From NCBI GenBank assembly GCA_945892985.1, contig CAMDDU010000023.1, positions 2,003 through 66,002 on the forward strand: a DNA stretch of 64,000 nucleotides, read 5' to 3'. The notes under the pieces were generated by a model. The model had not been told where the DNA came from and made no database searches. It was given only the letters and a program-made list of their open reading frames with translations. Both the position numbers and the translations under genes were made by a program. Below are positions 50,747 to 61,169 of the stretch, piece after piece; within the stretch, counting starts at the first letter, position 1, and the number at the start of each line of letters is the position of its first letter. Origin of the DNA: Bordetella parapertussis (GTDB lineage Bacteria > Pseudomonadota > Gammaproteobacteria > Burkholderiales > SG8-39).

Positions 50747-52771
50747 ATGCCAAACTCGCCGGTGACCGACCCGCAGCAGCAGGTCAGCACGTTGAAGCGC
50801 AGCGAGGACCTGCCGACACCTTCTGGCGCCGTGCCCTCTACTCTCGCCGAACGCATAGACGCCGAACGCGTCCGTATGCTTTATTCGGTGGCGCCGTTCA
50901 ATATTCTCATTCATTTACTCGCCTCCTCGCTGCTCGCCTATGCGATATGGGGGACGGTGGACGGGTCGCTTCTCGCCGGCTGGTATGCGGTGATGCTGCT
51001 GGTGTGTGCCTGCTGCTGGGCGTTGCAACACGGCTACCACGACACGGACAAGCTTGCGGGTCAGGCGCGGGGCTGGGAGCTCCGTTTCGCCGCCGCGGCT
51101 TTTGTCACTGCGCTGGTCTGGTCGGCGCTGCTACTGTTTCTTTTTCCTGCGCACAGCGTGCCCCACCAGATATTGATTATTCTTGTCATTTGCAGCCTCG
51201 CTTTCGGCAGCGCCGGCGCGGTGCAGGCGAGCATGATCAGCTTTGTCGCCTTTGTGGCGACGACGCTGTTGGCCTTGTTTTTGCGGCTTATGCTGAATGG
51301 ACAGGAGCTCGATATGTATGCCGGGCTCCTGCTTGCGGCGAGTTTTCCAGTCTGGGCCGGCATTTTTTTTCGCTTGCACAAAACGATCCGGCAGTCACTG
51401 CTGGTCCGCTTCGAAAAAGAGTCTCTCGTGGAAGAGTTGCAGCGTGTCGAGTCGCAGATGAAGCAGGCCCTTAGCGAAGAGGCTGTCATCCTGGACACCG
51501 CGCTTGTTGGCATCGTATTCATCCAGGAGCGGCGCATTTTGCGCTGCAACCGGCGCATGGAGGAGTTGTTTGGATTTGGTCCCGGCGAGCTCGCCGCGTG
51601 CTCGACGAGGGTGCTGTACGGTTCGGACCAGATCTGGCATGAGGCGCTCAGGCGCATCGAGGCCAACCTGCTCAGGGACGGGCTGCATGATGAGGAAATG
51701 GCGTTTTCCCGCCGTGACGGTGCCCCGATCTGGTGCCGCTACGCCGGCCGTGCCCTGGAGCCGGGCGATATGTCGCGCGGTGCGGTGTGGATTTTTTCTG
51801 ATGTGACCAAGCGGCGGCAGGCGGAACAGGGACTGTCGCGCGCCAACGCCATTCTTATTGACGCGATCGAGGGCATTCCTGATGCGTTTGCAATTTTCGA
51901 CCGCGAGGACCGGCTGGTGCAGTGCAATCTGCGCTATCTGGAGGGCGTCGGGCTTGGTGTCAGCCGTGCTGAGGCGAAGGGCATGTCTTTTGAGCAGTTG
52001 GTGCGTAACGCCATTTCGCGCGGTGAACCGATTCCGCCCGAGTATGGTGGCAATGTCGAGGCCTGGGTGGTCGAGCGTGTTCGCCGCCACCGCCAGCCTG
52101 ACGGGGATTTTGTGCAGGAGTTTGTTGACGGGCGATGGATACATGCGCGCGACCGGCGTACCGCCGAGGGTGGGATAGTGTCGGTGCGCACCGATATCAC
52201 CGAGTTGCGCCGCAACCAGGCGCGCGCGGAATTTCTGGCCAACCACGACCCGCTTACTGCGTTGCCCAATCGCCGCCTGCTGGAGGACCGCCTGCGACAG
52301 GCGCTGATCCAGGCAAGGCGTAAGCAGAACATGGTGGCGTTAATGATGGTTGATCTTGACCGCTTCAAGACCATCAATGACAGATTCGGCCACCGCTTTG
52401 GCGACGCGGTGCTGCTCGAGGCGGCGCGCCGGCTGTGCGCCTGTGTGCGCGAAGTCGACACCGTGTCACGCATGGGCGGGGACGAATTTGTCATCTTGTT
52501 ATCCGAATTGCGCCAGGCGCAGGATGCCGCACTGGTGGCGCAGAAAATACTGGATGCCATGTCCAGGCCCGTCGAAGCGGAGGGCGAAGTGCTGCGCATA
52601 ACTTGCAGCATAGGCATTGCCGAGCAGCATGCCAACGGCGATGACGCCCAAGCGCTGCTCAAAGCCGCCGATATCGCGATGTACGCTGCCAAGGAGAGCG
52701 GGCGCAATGCTTATAAATTTGCGGCTGCGACGGTCGCAGCCGTTGCAGGTGGCCGGTTTGAACGACATTGA
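50747..52771 (+). CDS. Membrane PAS-PAS diguanylate cyclase
   Basis: N-terminal TMs, two PAS domains, HDPLT.LPNR, DLDRFK.IND, REVD I-site and GGDEF. Confidence 0.93.
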   Translation: MPNSPVTDPQQQVSTLKRSEDLPTPSGAVPSTLAERIDAERVRMLYSVAPFNILIHLLASSLLAYAIWGTVDGSLLAGWYAVMLLVCACCWALQHGYHDTDKLAGQARGWELRFAAAAFVTALVWSALLLFLFPAHSVPHQILIILVICSLAFGSAGAVQASMISFVAFVATTLLALFLRLMLNGQELDMYAGLLLAASFPVWAGIFFRLHKTIRQSLLVRFEKESLVEELQRVESQMKQALSEEAVILDTALVGIVFIQERRILRCNRRMEELFGFGPGELAACSTRVLYGSDQIWHEALRRIEANLLRDGLHDEEMAFSRRDGAPIWCRYAGRALEPGDMSRGAVWIFSDVTKRRQAEQGLSRANAILIDAIEGIPDAFAIFDREDRLVQCNLRYLEGVGLGVSRAEAKGMSFEQLVRNAISRGEPIPPEYGGNVEAWVVERVRRHRQPDGDFVQEFVDGRWIHARDRRTAEGGIVSVRTDITELRRNQARAEFLANHDPLTALPNRRLLEDRLRQALIQARRKQNMVALMMVDLDRFKTINDRFGHRFGDAVLLEAARRLCACVREVDTVSRMGGDEFVILLSELRQAQDAALVAQKILDAMSRPVEAEGEVLRITCSIGIAEQHANGDDAQALLKAADIAMYAAKESGRNAYKFAAATVAAVAGGRFERH

Positions 52772-52784
52772 AGGTGTCCGGCCC

Positions 52785-54002
52785 ATGAGTTGTTTTCGCA
52801 GTTTTGGCCCCCGTCGCTACCTGAGCAAGCTGCTGTCGTGGTGCTGCCTGCTGTACGCCGTGCTGCCGGCGGCTGCGGGCGCGGCGCCGTTTGTTCCGGC
52901 CGATGACGCGCAGGTGCTCGAGCGCCTGCCCGTTCGCGCCGGCGATCCGGTGGCGCGTGAATTGCGCGCCTTGCGCGCGGTGCTTGCCGGTGACCCGAAC
53001 AGCCAGTCCGCGGCGCTCGATCTGGCGTGGCGCTATTTCGAACTGGCCATGTCCGAGGGCGACCCGCGTTATATCGGCTACGCCGAGGCTGCGCTGCGGC
53101 CCTGGTGGACGCTGCCTGCGCCGCCTGCGCCGGTGTTGACGCTGCGCGGCGTGCTGCGCCAGTACAAGCACGAGTTCGCGCCGGCGCTGGCCGATCTGGG
53201 CGCTGCCACGGCCATCGACCCCTCCGATGTGAACGCCTGGTCCTGGCGCGCGGCCATTCACCTGGTGCAGGCCGATTACGCCGCTTCACGCACCGACTGC
53301 GAGGGTCTGCGCCCGCACGCGTCCGCGCTGCGCCTTGCCGGATGCTTCGCTTCGGTGGATGGCGCGAGCGGCCGCGCAAGCGAGGCCTATCGCATGCTGT
53401 CGGCGGCGCTGGCTGCCGAAAAAGATGCTTCGCCCGCGACCCGTTTGTGGATGCACACCCGGCTGGCGGAATTTTCGCTGCGCTTGGGCGAGCGCGCCCA
53501 GGCCGAGCGCCATTTCAAGCTGGCGCTGGCGCAGGGGGTGACCGACCAGTTCATCCTGGCCGAGTACGCCGACTTCCTGCTCGACGCCGGACGCAACGCC
53601 GAGGTGCTGGCCATGCTCAAGGGCTGGGCGCGCTCGGATGTACTGCTGCTGCGTCTCGCGCTGGCCGCCAAGGCCGTCGGGGCGGGCGAACTCGCGGCCC
53701 ATGCCGAAGCGATGCAGGCGCGCTTTGAGGCGGCGGCACTGCGCGGCGACAAGCTGCACTTGCAGGAGGAAGCGCGCTTTTTGCTTTATGTGCGGGGCAA
53801 GCCGCGCGAGGCGCTGGCCGTCGCCAGGGAGAACTGGCAGGCGGAGCAGCGCGAGCCGCGGGATGCGCGCATCCTGCTGGAGGCGGCGCTGGCTGCCGGC
53901 GATCGGGCCGCTGCCGCGCCGGCGCTGCAATGGCTGGATAACAGCCGGCACGAAGATGCCTTGCTGCGCGACCTGGCGGCGCGCCTGGGCAGGCTCAAAT
54001 GA
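52785..54002 (+). CDS. Exported TPR-repeat protein
   Basis: Signal peptide, APFVP..D..VLE.LP, GDPRY.G.A and helical repeats; coupled to the HupE-like gene. Confidence 0.78.
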   Translation: MSCFRSFGPRRYLSKLLSWCCLLYAVLPAAAGAAPFVPADDAQVLERLPVRAGDPVARELRALRAVLAGDPNSQSAALDLAWRYFELAMSEGDPRYIGYAEAALRPWWTLPAPPAPVLTLRGVLRQYKHEFAPALADLGAATAIDPSDVNAWSWRAAIHLVQADYAASRTDCEGLRPHASALRLAGCFASVDGASGRASEAYRMLSAALAAEKDASPATRLWMHTRLAEFSLRLGERAQAERHFKLALAQGVTDQFILAEYADFLLDAGRNAEVLAMLKGWARSDVLLLRLALAAKAVGAGELAAHAEAMQARFEAAALRGDKLHLQEEARFLLYVRGKPREALAVARENWQAEQREPRDARILLEAALAAGDRAAAAPALQWLDNSRHEDALLRDLAARLGRLK

Positions 54003-55168
54003 CAAGACTGTCTCGCAGGGGCCTGCCCCTGCTGCTGTGGCTGCTGGGGCTGCTTGTCTCGTCGTCGGCGGCGCTGGCACACAAGGCGAGCGACAGCTAT
54101 CTCGCGCTCAAAGTCGAGGGCGCGAAAATACAAGGCCAATGGGATATTGCATTGCGTGACCTTGATTTCGCCATCGGCCTGGATACCAACGGCGATGGCG
54201 AAATCACCTGGGGCGAGTTGCGCGCCCGCCATGCCGCTATCGATGCGTATGCGCTGGCGCGGCTGAGCCTGAACGCTGGAACGTCACCCTGTCCCCTGCG
54301 CGTGACAGAGCACCTGGTTGACAGGCATACCGACGGCGCGTACACGGTGTTGCGCCTTGCGGCCGATTGCGCGCGCGCGATCAGCACGCTGGATGTGCGC
54401 TATACGCTGCTGTTTGACCTCGACCCGCAGCACAAGGGGCTGTTGCGCTTCGAATATCCGGGCGAGGGAGGCACGGCCGCGGTGAAGACGGCGATTTTTT
54501 CGCCCGACAAGCCGCAGCAGGCGCTGGTCGCGGCCGCGACCCCGGCCTCGGCCATCGGCCAGTTCATTGATTACGCACGCGCCGGCGTCTGGCACATCTG
54601 GATCGGCTTTGACCACATCCTGTTCCTGCTGTCGCTGCTGCTGCCGGCGGTGTTGTACCGGGTGCGCGACCGCTGGCAGGCGGTGGCGCGCTTCAACCCG
54701 GCCTTCTGGGATGTGTTTCGCATCGTCACCTCATTCACGGTGGCGCACTCGATCACGCTGTCACTGGCCACGCTGGGCCTGATCGCGCTGCCCTCGCGGC
54801 TGGTGGAGTCGGCCATCGCCGCGTCGGTAGTGCTGGCCGCGCTGAACAACCTGTTCCCGCTGTTCCAGGGGCGCCGCTGGATGGTGGCCTTTTGTTTCGG
54901 GCTGATTCACGGTTTCGGCTTTGCCAGCGTGCTTGCCGACCTGGGACTGCCGCGCGGCGCGCTGGCGCTGGCCCTGGTGGGCTTCAACCTGGGCGTTGAG
55001 CTGGGGCAGTTGAGCATTGTCGCGGCCTTCTTGCCGACGGCCTACCTGCTGCGCCACGGCTGGTTCTATCGCCGCCTGGTGTTCACCGCCGGATCATGGC
55101 TGATCGCGCTGGTGGCGTTGATCTGGTTTGTCGAGCGGGCTTTTGACCTCAAGCTTATTACCGCCTGA
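53999..55168 (+). CDS. HupE/UreJ family membrane protein
   Basis: AHKASDSY, HIWIGFDHILF, FTVAHSITL, FGLIHGFGFA and FNLGVELGQ. Confidence 0.9.
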   Translation: MTRLSRRGLPLLLWLLGLLVSSSAALAHKASDSYLALKVEGAKIQGQWDIALRDLDFAIGLDTNGDGEITWGELRARHAAIDAYALARLSLNAGTSPCPLRVTEHLVDRHTDGAYTVLRLAADCARAISTLDVRYTLLFDLDPQHKGLLRFEYPGEGGTAAVKTAIFSPDKPQQALVAAATPASAIGQFIDYARAGVWHIWIGFDHILFLLSLLLPAVLYRVRDRWQAVARFNPAFWDVFRIVTSFTVAHSITLSLATLGLIALPSRLVESAIAASVVLAALNNLFPLFQGRRWMVAFCFGLIHGFGFASVLADLGLPRGALALALVGFNLGVELGQLSIVAAFLPTAYLLRHGWFYRRLVFTAGSWLIALVALIWFVERAFDLKLITA

Positions 55169-55189
55169 ACCGGCGGCCTGAACCCGCGG

Positions 55190-55374
55190 TCTGAGTGGGC
55201 GGTCTGATCCGGTGTTAGCAGGCCGAAGGAGCGTGTGGCTAGGTTGCGCGAGGTGTCGCCTAGGGCGACGGCGCGATGGGCCTGGACTGTTCGCTCTTTC
55301 GCGGCGCGGGTGTCGCGGCGGGCAATGGCGGCTAGCACTTGCGAGGTAGCCGGGGTCAGCGTGCTTGTGGACAT
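55190..55374 (-). pseudogene. YhaJ-like LysR regulator remnant with a large internal deletion
   Basis: LTP...QVLAAIARR..AAKE (HTH start) joined to HRAVALGDTSRNL..RS.GLL (substrate domain); divergent from pirin. Confidence 0.65.
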
Positions 55375-55519
55375 AAGATTGATTTAATTGAGATAAATAA
55401 AAATTTATCTTTTTCTTTTAATTTGAATGAAATGATTAAAATTCTTCGCTTTTATAGCGCCATGCGTAAGCTTATATTCTGCTCCACCGTATTCAATAAA
55501 ACAGGACAAGGACACTGAC

Positions 55520-56218
55520 ATGATGCAAGTTCGCAAGGGCAATGAGCGTGGTTTCGGTGACCATGGCTGGTTGCGTTCCTTTCATAGTTTTTCGTTCGCT
55601 GATTACTACGACGCAGCCAACATGGGCTTTGGCGCGCTGCGCGTGATCAATGAAGACCGCGTCACGCCGGGCATGGGCTTCGGTACCCACGGCCACAGCG
55701 ACATGGAAATCATCAGCTATGTGCTTGAGGGCGCGGTCGAGCACAAGGACTCCATGGGCAACGGCTCGGTCATCCGGCCGGGCGATGTGCAGCGCATGAG
55801 CGCGGGCACCGGCGTACGCCATTCGGAATTTAATCCGTCCAAGACCGATGGCGTGCATTTTTTGCAGATATGGATAGAGCCGGGCGTGAAGGGTATTGCG
55901 CCAAGCTACGAAGAAAAGCATTTCGATGCGGCGTCCAAGCGCGGCAAGCTGCGCCTCGTCGCCTCGTCCGATGCGCGCGAGGGTTCGGTGAAACTCCACC
56001 AGGACGCCAGCCTTTACGCCGCGCTCGTTGATGGCGCCGAGAAAGTCACGCACACGCTGGCCGCCGGGCGCCGCGCCTATGTGCATGTCGCGCGCGGCAG
56101 CGTGAGTGTCAACGCTCAGGCCCTGGCCGCAGGCGATGCGCTCAAGCTGAGCGAGTTGTCCGAGATCACGCTCGAGCACGGCGACAAGGCCGAGGTGTTG
56201 TTGTTCGATCTGGCCTGA
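55520..56218 (+). CDS. Pirin family protein (YhhW-like)
   Basis: DHGWL.S.HSFSFA.Y, GFGTHGH.DMEI, MSAGTGVRHSE and LQIWI. Confidence 0.95.
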   Translation: MMQVRKGNERGFGDHGWLRSFHSFSFADYYDAANMGFGALRVINEDRVTPGMGFGTHGHSDMEIISYVLEGAVEHKDSMGNGSVIRPGDVQRMSAGTGVRHSEFNPSKTDGVHFLQIWIEPGVKGIAPSYEEKHFDAASKRGKLRLVASSDAREGSVKLHQDASLYAALVDGAEKVTHTLAAGRRAYVHVARGSVSVNAQALAAGDALKLSELSEITLEHGDKAEVLLFDLA

Positions 56219-56347
56219 ATCCCGAAACGATTTTTTTCTTAGCGAAGGAATGCGGCATGCGTCCGTCGTTGCAGAACTGCGTTTGCACCGCTCGCGTACC
56301 CGGGCTTCATCATCGCGCCCACCGGCTATGCCGACAGTTCGCTGTTC

Positions 56348-56713
56348 ATGGCGCACAACGGCTTGCTGATCGCATCGCCCGAGAACAAGGCCTCCATATC
56401 TGCAATGTTGAAGAACACCCTCGACTGGGTATCGCGCCCCGACGTCGGCCAGAACGGCCTGGTGCCCTACCAGAATAAGGTCGCGGGCCTGGTGTCCGCC
56501 TCACCCGGGGCGCTGGGTGGCACGCGGGGGTTGGTACACCTGCGCGCTATCTTGCAGACGCTCAAGGTGCAGGTGATATCCGAGCAGTTCGCATTGGGCC
56601 GCGCGCATGAAGCCTTTGATGAATCTGGGAAGATCAAGGACGCCAGGCAGCAGGCCATGCTATCGGGAACGATGCAGCGGCTGGTGGATGTGACGGCGCC
56701 GCTGGCCAGGTAG
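56348..56713 (+). pseudogene. N-terminally truncated NADPH-dependent FMN reductase
   Basis: LIASPE(N)K, LKNTLDWVSRP and SASPGALGG; the N-terminal GSxR FMN loop is missing and PEYN is degenerate. Confidence 0.72.
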
Positions 56714-56720
56714 GGCATGT

Positions 56721-56754
56721 GCTGGAAATGCCCGTCTGGCGCGCGTTTTCAGCC
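56721..56754. repeat. GCTGGAAA...TTTTCAGC palindrome
   Basis: Between convergent genes; same family as 20481. Confidence 0.6.
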
Positions 56755-56790
56755 GATCCGTTCTGAAAATTGTAGTCTGCCCTCTGAGGG

Positions 56791-57015
56791 CTAGACAGCT
56801 TGCGGCCACTTGATTTGCAGCTTGCGATTGTGAGCCAGGCAGTCACGCAGGTACAAGTTAATGAGGCTCTGGTATGGAACGCCACTTTCTTCGGCCATGC
56901 CTTTGAAGTACGCCACAACGTCTTCAGACAGTCGCATGGTGACGGGCTTTTTTAACTTTGAGGCATACGGATTTTTGCGGGATTTCATTTTGGAGAGATC
57001 GTATTCAGGTTTCAT
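56791..57015 (-). CDS. brnA: BrnA-type antitoxin
   Basis: MKPEYDLS...KNPY...KKPVTMRL..DVV.YFK...G.PYQ.LIN.YL. Confidence 0.88.
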   Translation of the reverse strand: MKPEYDLSKMKSRKNPYASKLKKPVTMRLSEDVVAYFKGMAEESGVPYQSLINLYLRDCLAHNRKLQIKWPQAV

Positions 57016-57298
57016 TTCGTTCACCTTGATAGAACGCGCTTTCGCGCCTGGTTGCCTTGCGGGCTGAGATGATGCGAATGACTTCGCCATGGTCACGCTC
57101 GCAATGACAGACGATGAGTAGTTTGGCGCCGGAACGCATGCCCAGTAGCAGAAAGCGATCTTCGTCGGATGCGTGGGCTTCATCGAAGAATTGAATGGCG
57201 AATTCATCGTAAAAGACTGATTGCGCCTCCGCGAGGGAGATCTGATGCTTTTTGAGGTTGGCTGCCGCCTTGGACGGGTTCCATTCAAACTTGATCAT
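57005..57298 (-). CDS. brnT: BrnT toxin
   Basis: FEWN..KA..N.KKH, EDRF..LG and IRIISARKAT. Confidence 0.93.
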   Translation of the reverse strand: MIKFEWNPSKAAANLKKHQISLAEAQSVFYDEFAIQFFDEAHASDEDRFLLLGMRSGAKLLIVCHCERDHGEVIRIISARKATRRESAFYQGERNET

Positions 57299-57299
57299 A

Positions 57300-57312
57300 A
57301 ATACATTGTATT
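57300..57312. promoter_or_regulatory. brnTA operator-like palindrome AATACA-T-TGTATT
   Basis: Abuts the brnT start codon. Confidence 0.55.
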
Positions 57313-57499
57313 TATGATTGGTGATGTGTCAAGTCGGGTTATCGGCGCTTCATCAGTCAAAATGCGCGGTCACAGGCAGTCTGCTGAAAAGCCTTTAGTG
57401 GCCACCAGGGGGGGCGTTTTCAGTCGGCACGCCTATGTAGAACGCACGATTTTTATCCTGCGAATTTTCCGGTATTTTCATCGCGTCCCGCCGCGCCAT

Positions 57500-58016
57500 C
57501 CGGAGTTTTCAATGCATATGCCCGAACAGACAGCCATATTTCGCCTTACCGCCGTGCTGTTGGTGCCACTGATCGGCGATGCCGCCTATGCCTAGGTGTC
57601 GCGCCTCCTGATGGCGCGGCAGGTGCCGGACGATGTGATTGCCCGCCTCAAGCCCTGGGCGGCGCTGGCCAACCTGACGGTGACGCCGGCCGGCTAGCAA
57701 AGCGAGACGCTGGACCAGTTGCTCTACGGCATGGCGCTCCGGCGAGGCATGGAACTGCACGGAACCGCACGGCCTTGAGGGCATTGACCCGCAGGTGGTG
57801 GTGTTCGACAGCATTCCGATGGACAGCCAGGTCGCGCTGCTAAACCACGCGATGGCCGAGCGCGCATATTTTGTTGCGAGGCTGGAGACCATCCTACAAG
57901 CCTGGTTGCGCCGCGACCTCGCAGCCTTGTGGCGCGCCAGGAGCTTTGTCGCCGTTGGTGTCTTGCATCTGTACGGCCGCAAGGGCTTGCTGCAGTTGCT
58001 GCGGGAGCAGGGTTAA
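57500..58016 (+). pseudogene. TraB/GumN family remnant
   Basis: RLKPWAALANL, LDQLLY, FDSIPMDSQVALL and FVAVGVLHLYG.KGLL.LLREQG, broken by stops, frameshifts and deletions. Confidence 0.75.
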
Positions 58017-58082
58017 GGCGTGATGCGGCTGTATTGATAGTTTCGTAATCCGTGACATTTTCAAGGCCGTGACGATTCCGCT

Positions 58083-58120
58083 TCCTCCCCCTTGACGGGG
58101 GAGGGTTGGGGAGAGGGTGA
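58083..58120. repeat. CCTCCCCC-TTGAC-GGGGGAGG REP-like palindrome
   Basis: Same family as 18171-18285; partial partner near 58246-58268. Confidence 0.75.
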
Positions 58121-58365
58121 ATGCTTGCAAAAGCGAATCTGCTGCCATTCCCCCCCTCCCTTCCTCTGCCTTGCAGGGCGCGCATCGGCCGGTAGGCCGA
58201 TGCCGTTCAGCCGGCGCGGCGCTTCACTCCGCGAAACCCCGGCTTCACCCCGCAGGGGGAGAGGGGACGTACTGCCGAGAACGTCATGGCAATTGGGCGT
58301 TCGGTGAGGGCCGCCTAGCTCGGGAGAGCCGTTTGTCCGCCCCCAGAGCAGAGTAAAATGCCGGG

Positions 58366-58995
58366 GTGAAAGCTATCGTCATCCTCATTTCCGGCCGCGG
58401 CAGCAATATGCAGGCACTGGTTGAAGCCGGCCTGCCTGTGCGCGCGGTGATTTCCAACCGCCCCGATGCGGCCGGGCTGGCCTGGGCTGCGGCGCGCGGC
58501 ATCACCACCGCAACGCTTGATCACAAGGCCTTTGCCGGGCGTGAAGCTTTTGACGCGGCGCTGGCCGAGGCCATTGATGCGCACAAGCCGGACCTGGTTG
58601 TGCTGGCCGGATTCATGCGCATTCTTTCGCCGGGTTTTGTACAGCACTACGCCGGCCGCATGCTCAACATCCACCCCGCGCTGCTGCCGGCCTTTACCGG
58701 ACTGGATACGCATGCGCGGGCGCTGGCGGCGGGCGTGAAGTTGCATGGCTGCACGGTGCATTTTGTTACTGCGGAGCTCGATCACGGCCCCATCGTCATT
58801 CAGGCGGCGGTGCCAGTGCGCCCCGGCGACGATGAAGTCGCGCTGGCGGCGCGCGTGCTGGCGCAGGAGCACCGTATTTACGCCAGGGCCGTGCGCTGGT
58901 TTATCGCCGGGCGTCTGGTCATCGAAATGGGGCTTGTGCGCGTTAAAGAAGGGGAGGGCGACGATGGCGTGCAAACGCTATTCGATGCCACCTGA
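58366..58995 (+). CDS. purN: Phosphoribosylglycinamide formyltransferase
   Basis: LISGRGSNMQA, LAGFMRIL, NIHPALLP and HFVT.ELDHGP. Confidence 0.97.
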   Translation: MKAIVILISGRGSNMQALVEAGLPVRAVISNRPDAAGLAWAAARGITTATLDHKAFAGREAFDAALAEAIDAHKPDLVVLAGFMRILSPGFVQHYAGRMLNIHPALLPAFTGLDTHARALAAGVKLHGCTVHFVTAELDHGPIVIQAAVPVRPGDDEVALAARVLAQEHRIYARAVRWFIAGRLVIEMGLVRVKEGEGDDGVQTLFDAT

Positions 58996-59042
58996 GTCAC
59001 ACCTCACTAGCCTGATGCCTCAAATTTAAAGACGCTAAAAAC

Positions 59043-59762
59043 ATGAAGCCAATCCGATTTGTCCCGAGCTTGTGCTGCGCCCTGCTGGCGGCGGTTTCGC
59101 TGGGTGCGCGCGCGGCGCCGCCGCAAAAGCTCACGCTGCAATACGATGTCAGCCGCAACGGCACCGTCATGGTCGAGATTGTCGAGCGCCTCGAGCACGA
59201 GGGCAAAAGCTACTCGCTCACGTCGGACGCCAAGGGCAAGGGCATTTACGCGATGGTGCGTTCGGGCACGGTCAAGCGCTCGAGCAAGGGGGCGGTGATT
59301 GCCACCGGCCTGCGCCCGGAAGAGTTTCATGACAAGCGCGGCGATCGCCCTGAAAGGACGGCGCGCTTTGACTGGGGCAAGGTGACGGTGCTGCACGGCG
59401 AAGGCGGCAAACTTGAGACCAAGCCCATAGCGTCACCCGAGCGTGTCAGCGACCGGCTTGCGATGTACTGGACCTTCGCCTTTCGCCCCTTGCCGGCCAA
59501 GGATGCATCGGTGTCGCTGGCTGTGGCCGACGGCGGGCAGTTCGATGATTTTCGTTTCGTATCCGCGGGCACCGAGACCGTCAAGACGGGCGCCGGGGAT
59601 ATCGAGGCGTTAAAGCTGGTCAAGGTGCCCGATCCGGGCGACGAGCGCGGCACGGTCATCTGGCTGGGCATCAAGCATGGCTATGTACCAGTGCGCATTC
59701 TGGTCGTTGAGAAAGACGGTACGCGCATCGACCAGGTCGTCACCGCGATCAGCACACAATAA
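59043..59762 (+). CDS. DUF3108 family exported protein
   Basis: Signal peptide, S.G....GLRP, FDW, G.E...T..G and Y.PVRI; usual position between purN and rsmB. Confidence 0.8.
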   Translation: MKPIRFVPSLCCALLAAVSLGARAAPPQKLTLQYDVSRNGTVMVEIVERLEHEGKSYSLTSDAKGKGIYAMVRSGTVKRSSKGAVIATGLRPEEFHDKRGDRPERTARFDWGKVTVLHGEGGKLETKPIASPERVSDRLAMYWTFAFRPLPAKDASVSLAVADGGQFDDFRFVSAGTETVKTGAGDIEALKLVKVPDPGDERGTVIWLGIKHGYVPVRILVVEKDGTRIDQVVTAISTQ

Positions 59763-59888
59763 GCGCAGGCCAAGGTTTGCATTCGGGTCATCAACCACAC
59801 ATCAACCACAACGGGTGCGTTCTGCACAGGGGCGCCCGAGATTCGCGTTTCCGATCCAAAAGCGCGCAACGCGAATGAAAGCCCAAAT

Positions 59889-61169
59889 ATGAAATTGTCC
59901 CCCAACCTGATTGATCACGCCGCCGAGGCGCTCGCCACGGTAATGCGCTTTGAGTATCCGGCCGACGGCGTGATGTCGCGTTATTTTCGTGCACATGAAA
60001 AACTCGGCCAGCAGGATCGCGCGTTCATCGCCGAGACCGTGTTCGCGGTGCTGCGGCGCAAACGCCTGCTCGACTACCTGCTCGGGGACACCGGTGCGCG
60101 GGACATGATCCTGGCCTGTCTTGCCGTGCTGCGCGGCCATAATCTGCGTGAACTGGAGTCCGTCTGCACCCCGCCAGAGCTTGAAAAGCTGGGGGCCATC
60201 AAACAGCGCGCGCACGAAGCGCTGCCTTTCGAAATCGAATGCGACCTGCCCGACTGGGTCATAGAAAAGCTGCGCGCCGGCGGTTACTCTGACGAGGCCC
60301 TGTTGGCGCTGGCCAGATCGCTGCAGCGCCCGGCGCCGCTTGATTTGCGCGTCAACCTTTCCAAAACCTCACGCGAGGATGCGCTCGCGGTGCTGGCCTC
60401 CAGCGGCGTCGAGGGCGCGGCGATGAGCTATTCGCCAGCGGGCATACGGCTCAAGGAAAAACCGGCGCTGTCGCGTCACTCGCTGTATGTCGAGGGCGCG
60501 ATCGAGGTGCAGGACGAGGGCAGCCAGTTGCTGTGTTACCTGCTCGGTCCCAAGCGTGGCGAGATGGTGGTGGATTTTTGCGCGGGAGCGGGCGGCAAGA
60601 CGCTTGGCCTTGGCATGCTGATGCGCTCGACCGGCCGCTTGTACGCGTTTGATATTTCGACCTCGCGCCTGACCAAGTTGAAGCCGCGACTGGCCCGTTC
60701 GGGATTGTCCAACGTGCATCCGCAGCACATCGACAGCGAGCGCGATCCGCGCATCGGGCGTTTGGTTGGCAAGATAGACCGTGTACTGATCGACGCGCCC
60801 TGCAGCGGCATGGGCACCCTCAGGCGCAACCCCGACCTGAAGTGGCGACAGACTGCCGCGGGCGTCGACGAGCTCGCGGCCAAGCAAACGCGCATTCTCG
60901 AATCGGCGGCGCGCCTGCTCAAACCCGGCGGGCAGCTTGTGTACGCGACCTGCAGCATTCTTGCCGAGGAAAACGAGCGCGTTGTTGAGGATTTTCTGTC
61001 GCGCCATCCGGAGTTCAAGGTGGTGCCTGCCGTTGCGGAGCTCGTGCGCCGGGACATCGCGCTGCCGGAAAACGCCGATGCCGGCCCCTACCTTAAGCTC
61101 GCGCCCGACTCGCACCAAACCGACGGCTTTTTCGCTGCGCTGTTGGAAAAGGTGAAGGTGGCATCCTGA
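59889..61169 (+). CDS. RsmB/NOP family RNA m5C methyltransferase
   Basis: EVQDEGSQL, DFCAGAGGKT, DAPCSG.GT.RRNPD and YATCS. Confidence 0.94.
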   Translation: MKLSPNLIDHAAEALATVMRFEYPADGVMSRYFRAHEKLGQQDRAFIAETVFAVLRRKRLLDYLLGDTGARDMILACLAVLRGHNLRELESVCTPPELEKLGAIKQRAHEALPFEIECDLPDWVIEKLRAGGYSDEALLALARSLQRPAPLDLRVNLSKTSREDALAVLASSGVEGAAMSYSPAGIRLKEKPALSRHSLYVEGAIEVQDEGSQLLCYLLGPKRGEMVVDFCAGAGGKTLGLGMLMRSTGRLYAFDISTSRLTKLKPRLARSGLSNVHPQHIDSERDPRIGRLVGKIDRVLIDAPCSGMGTLRRNPDLKWRQTAAGVDELAAKQTRILESAARLLKPGGQLVYATCSILAEENERVVEDFLSRHPEFKVVPAVAELVRRDIALPENADAGPYLKLAPDSHQTDGFFAALLEKVKVAS

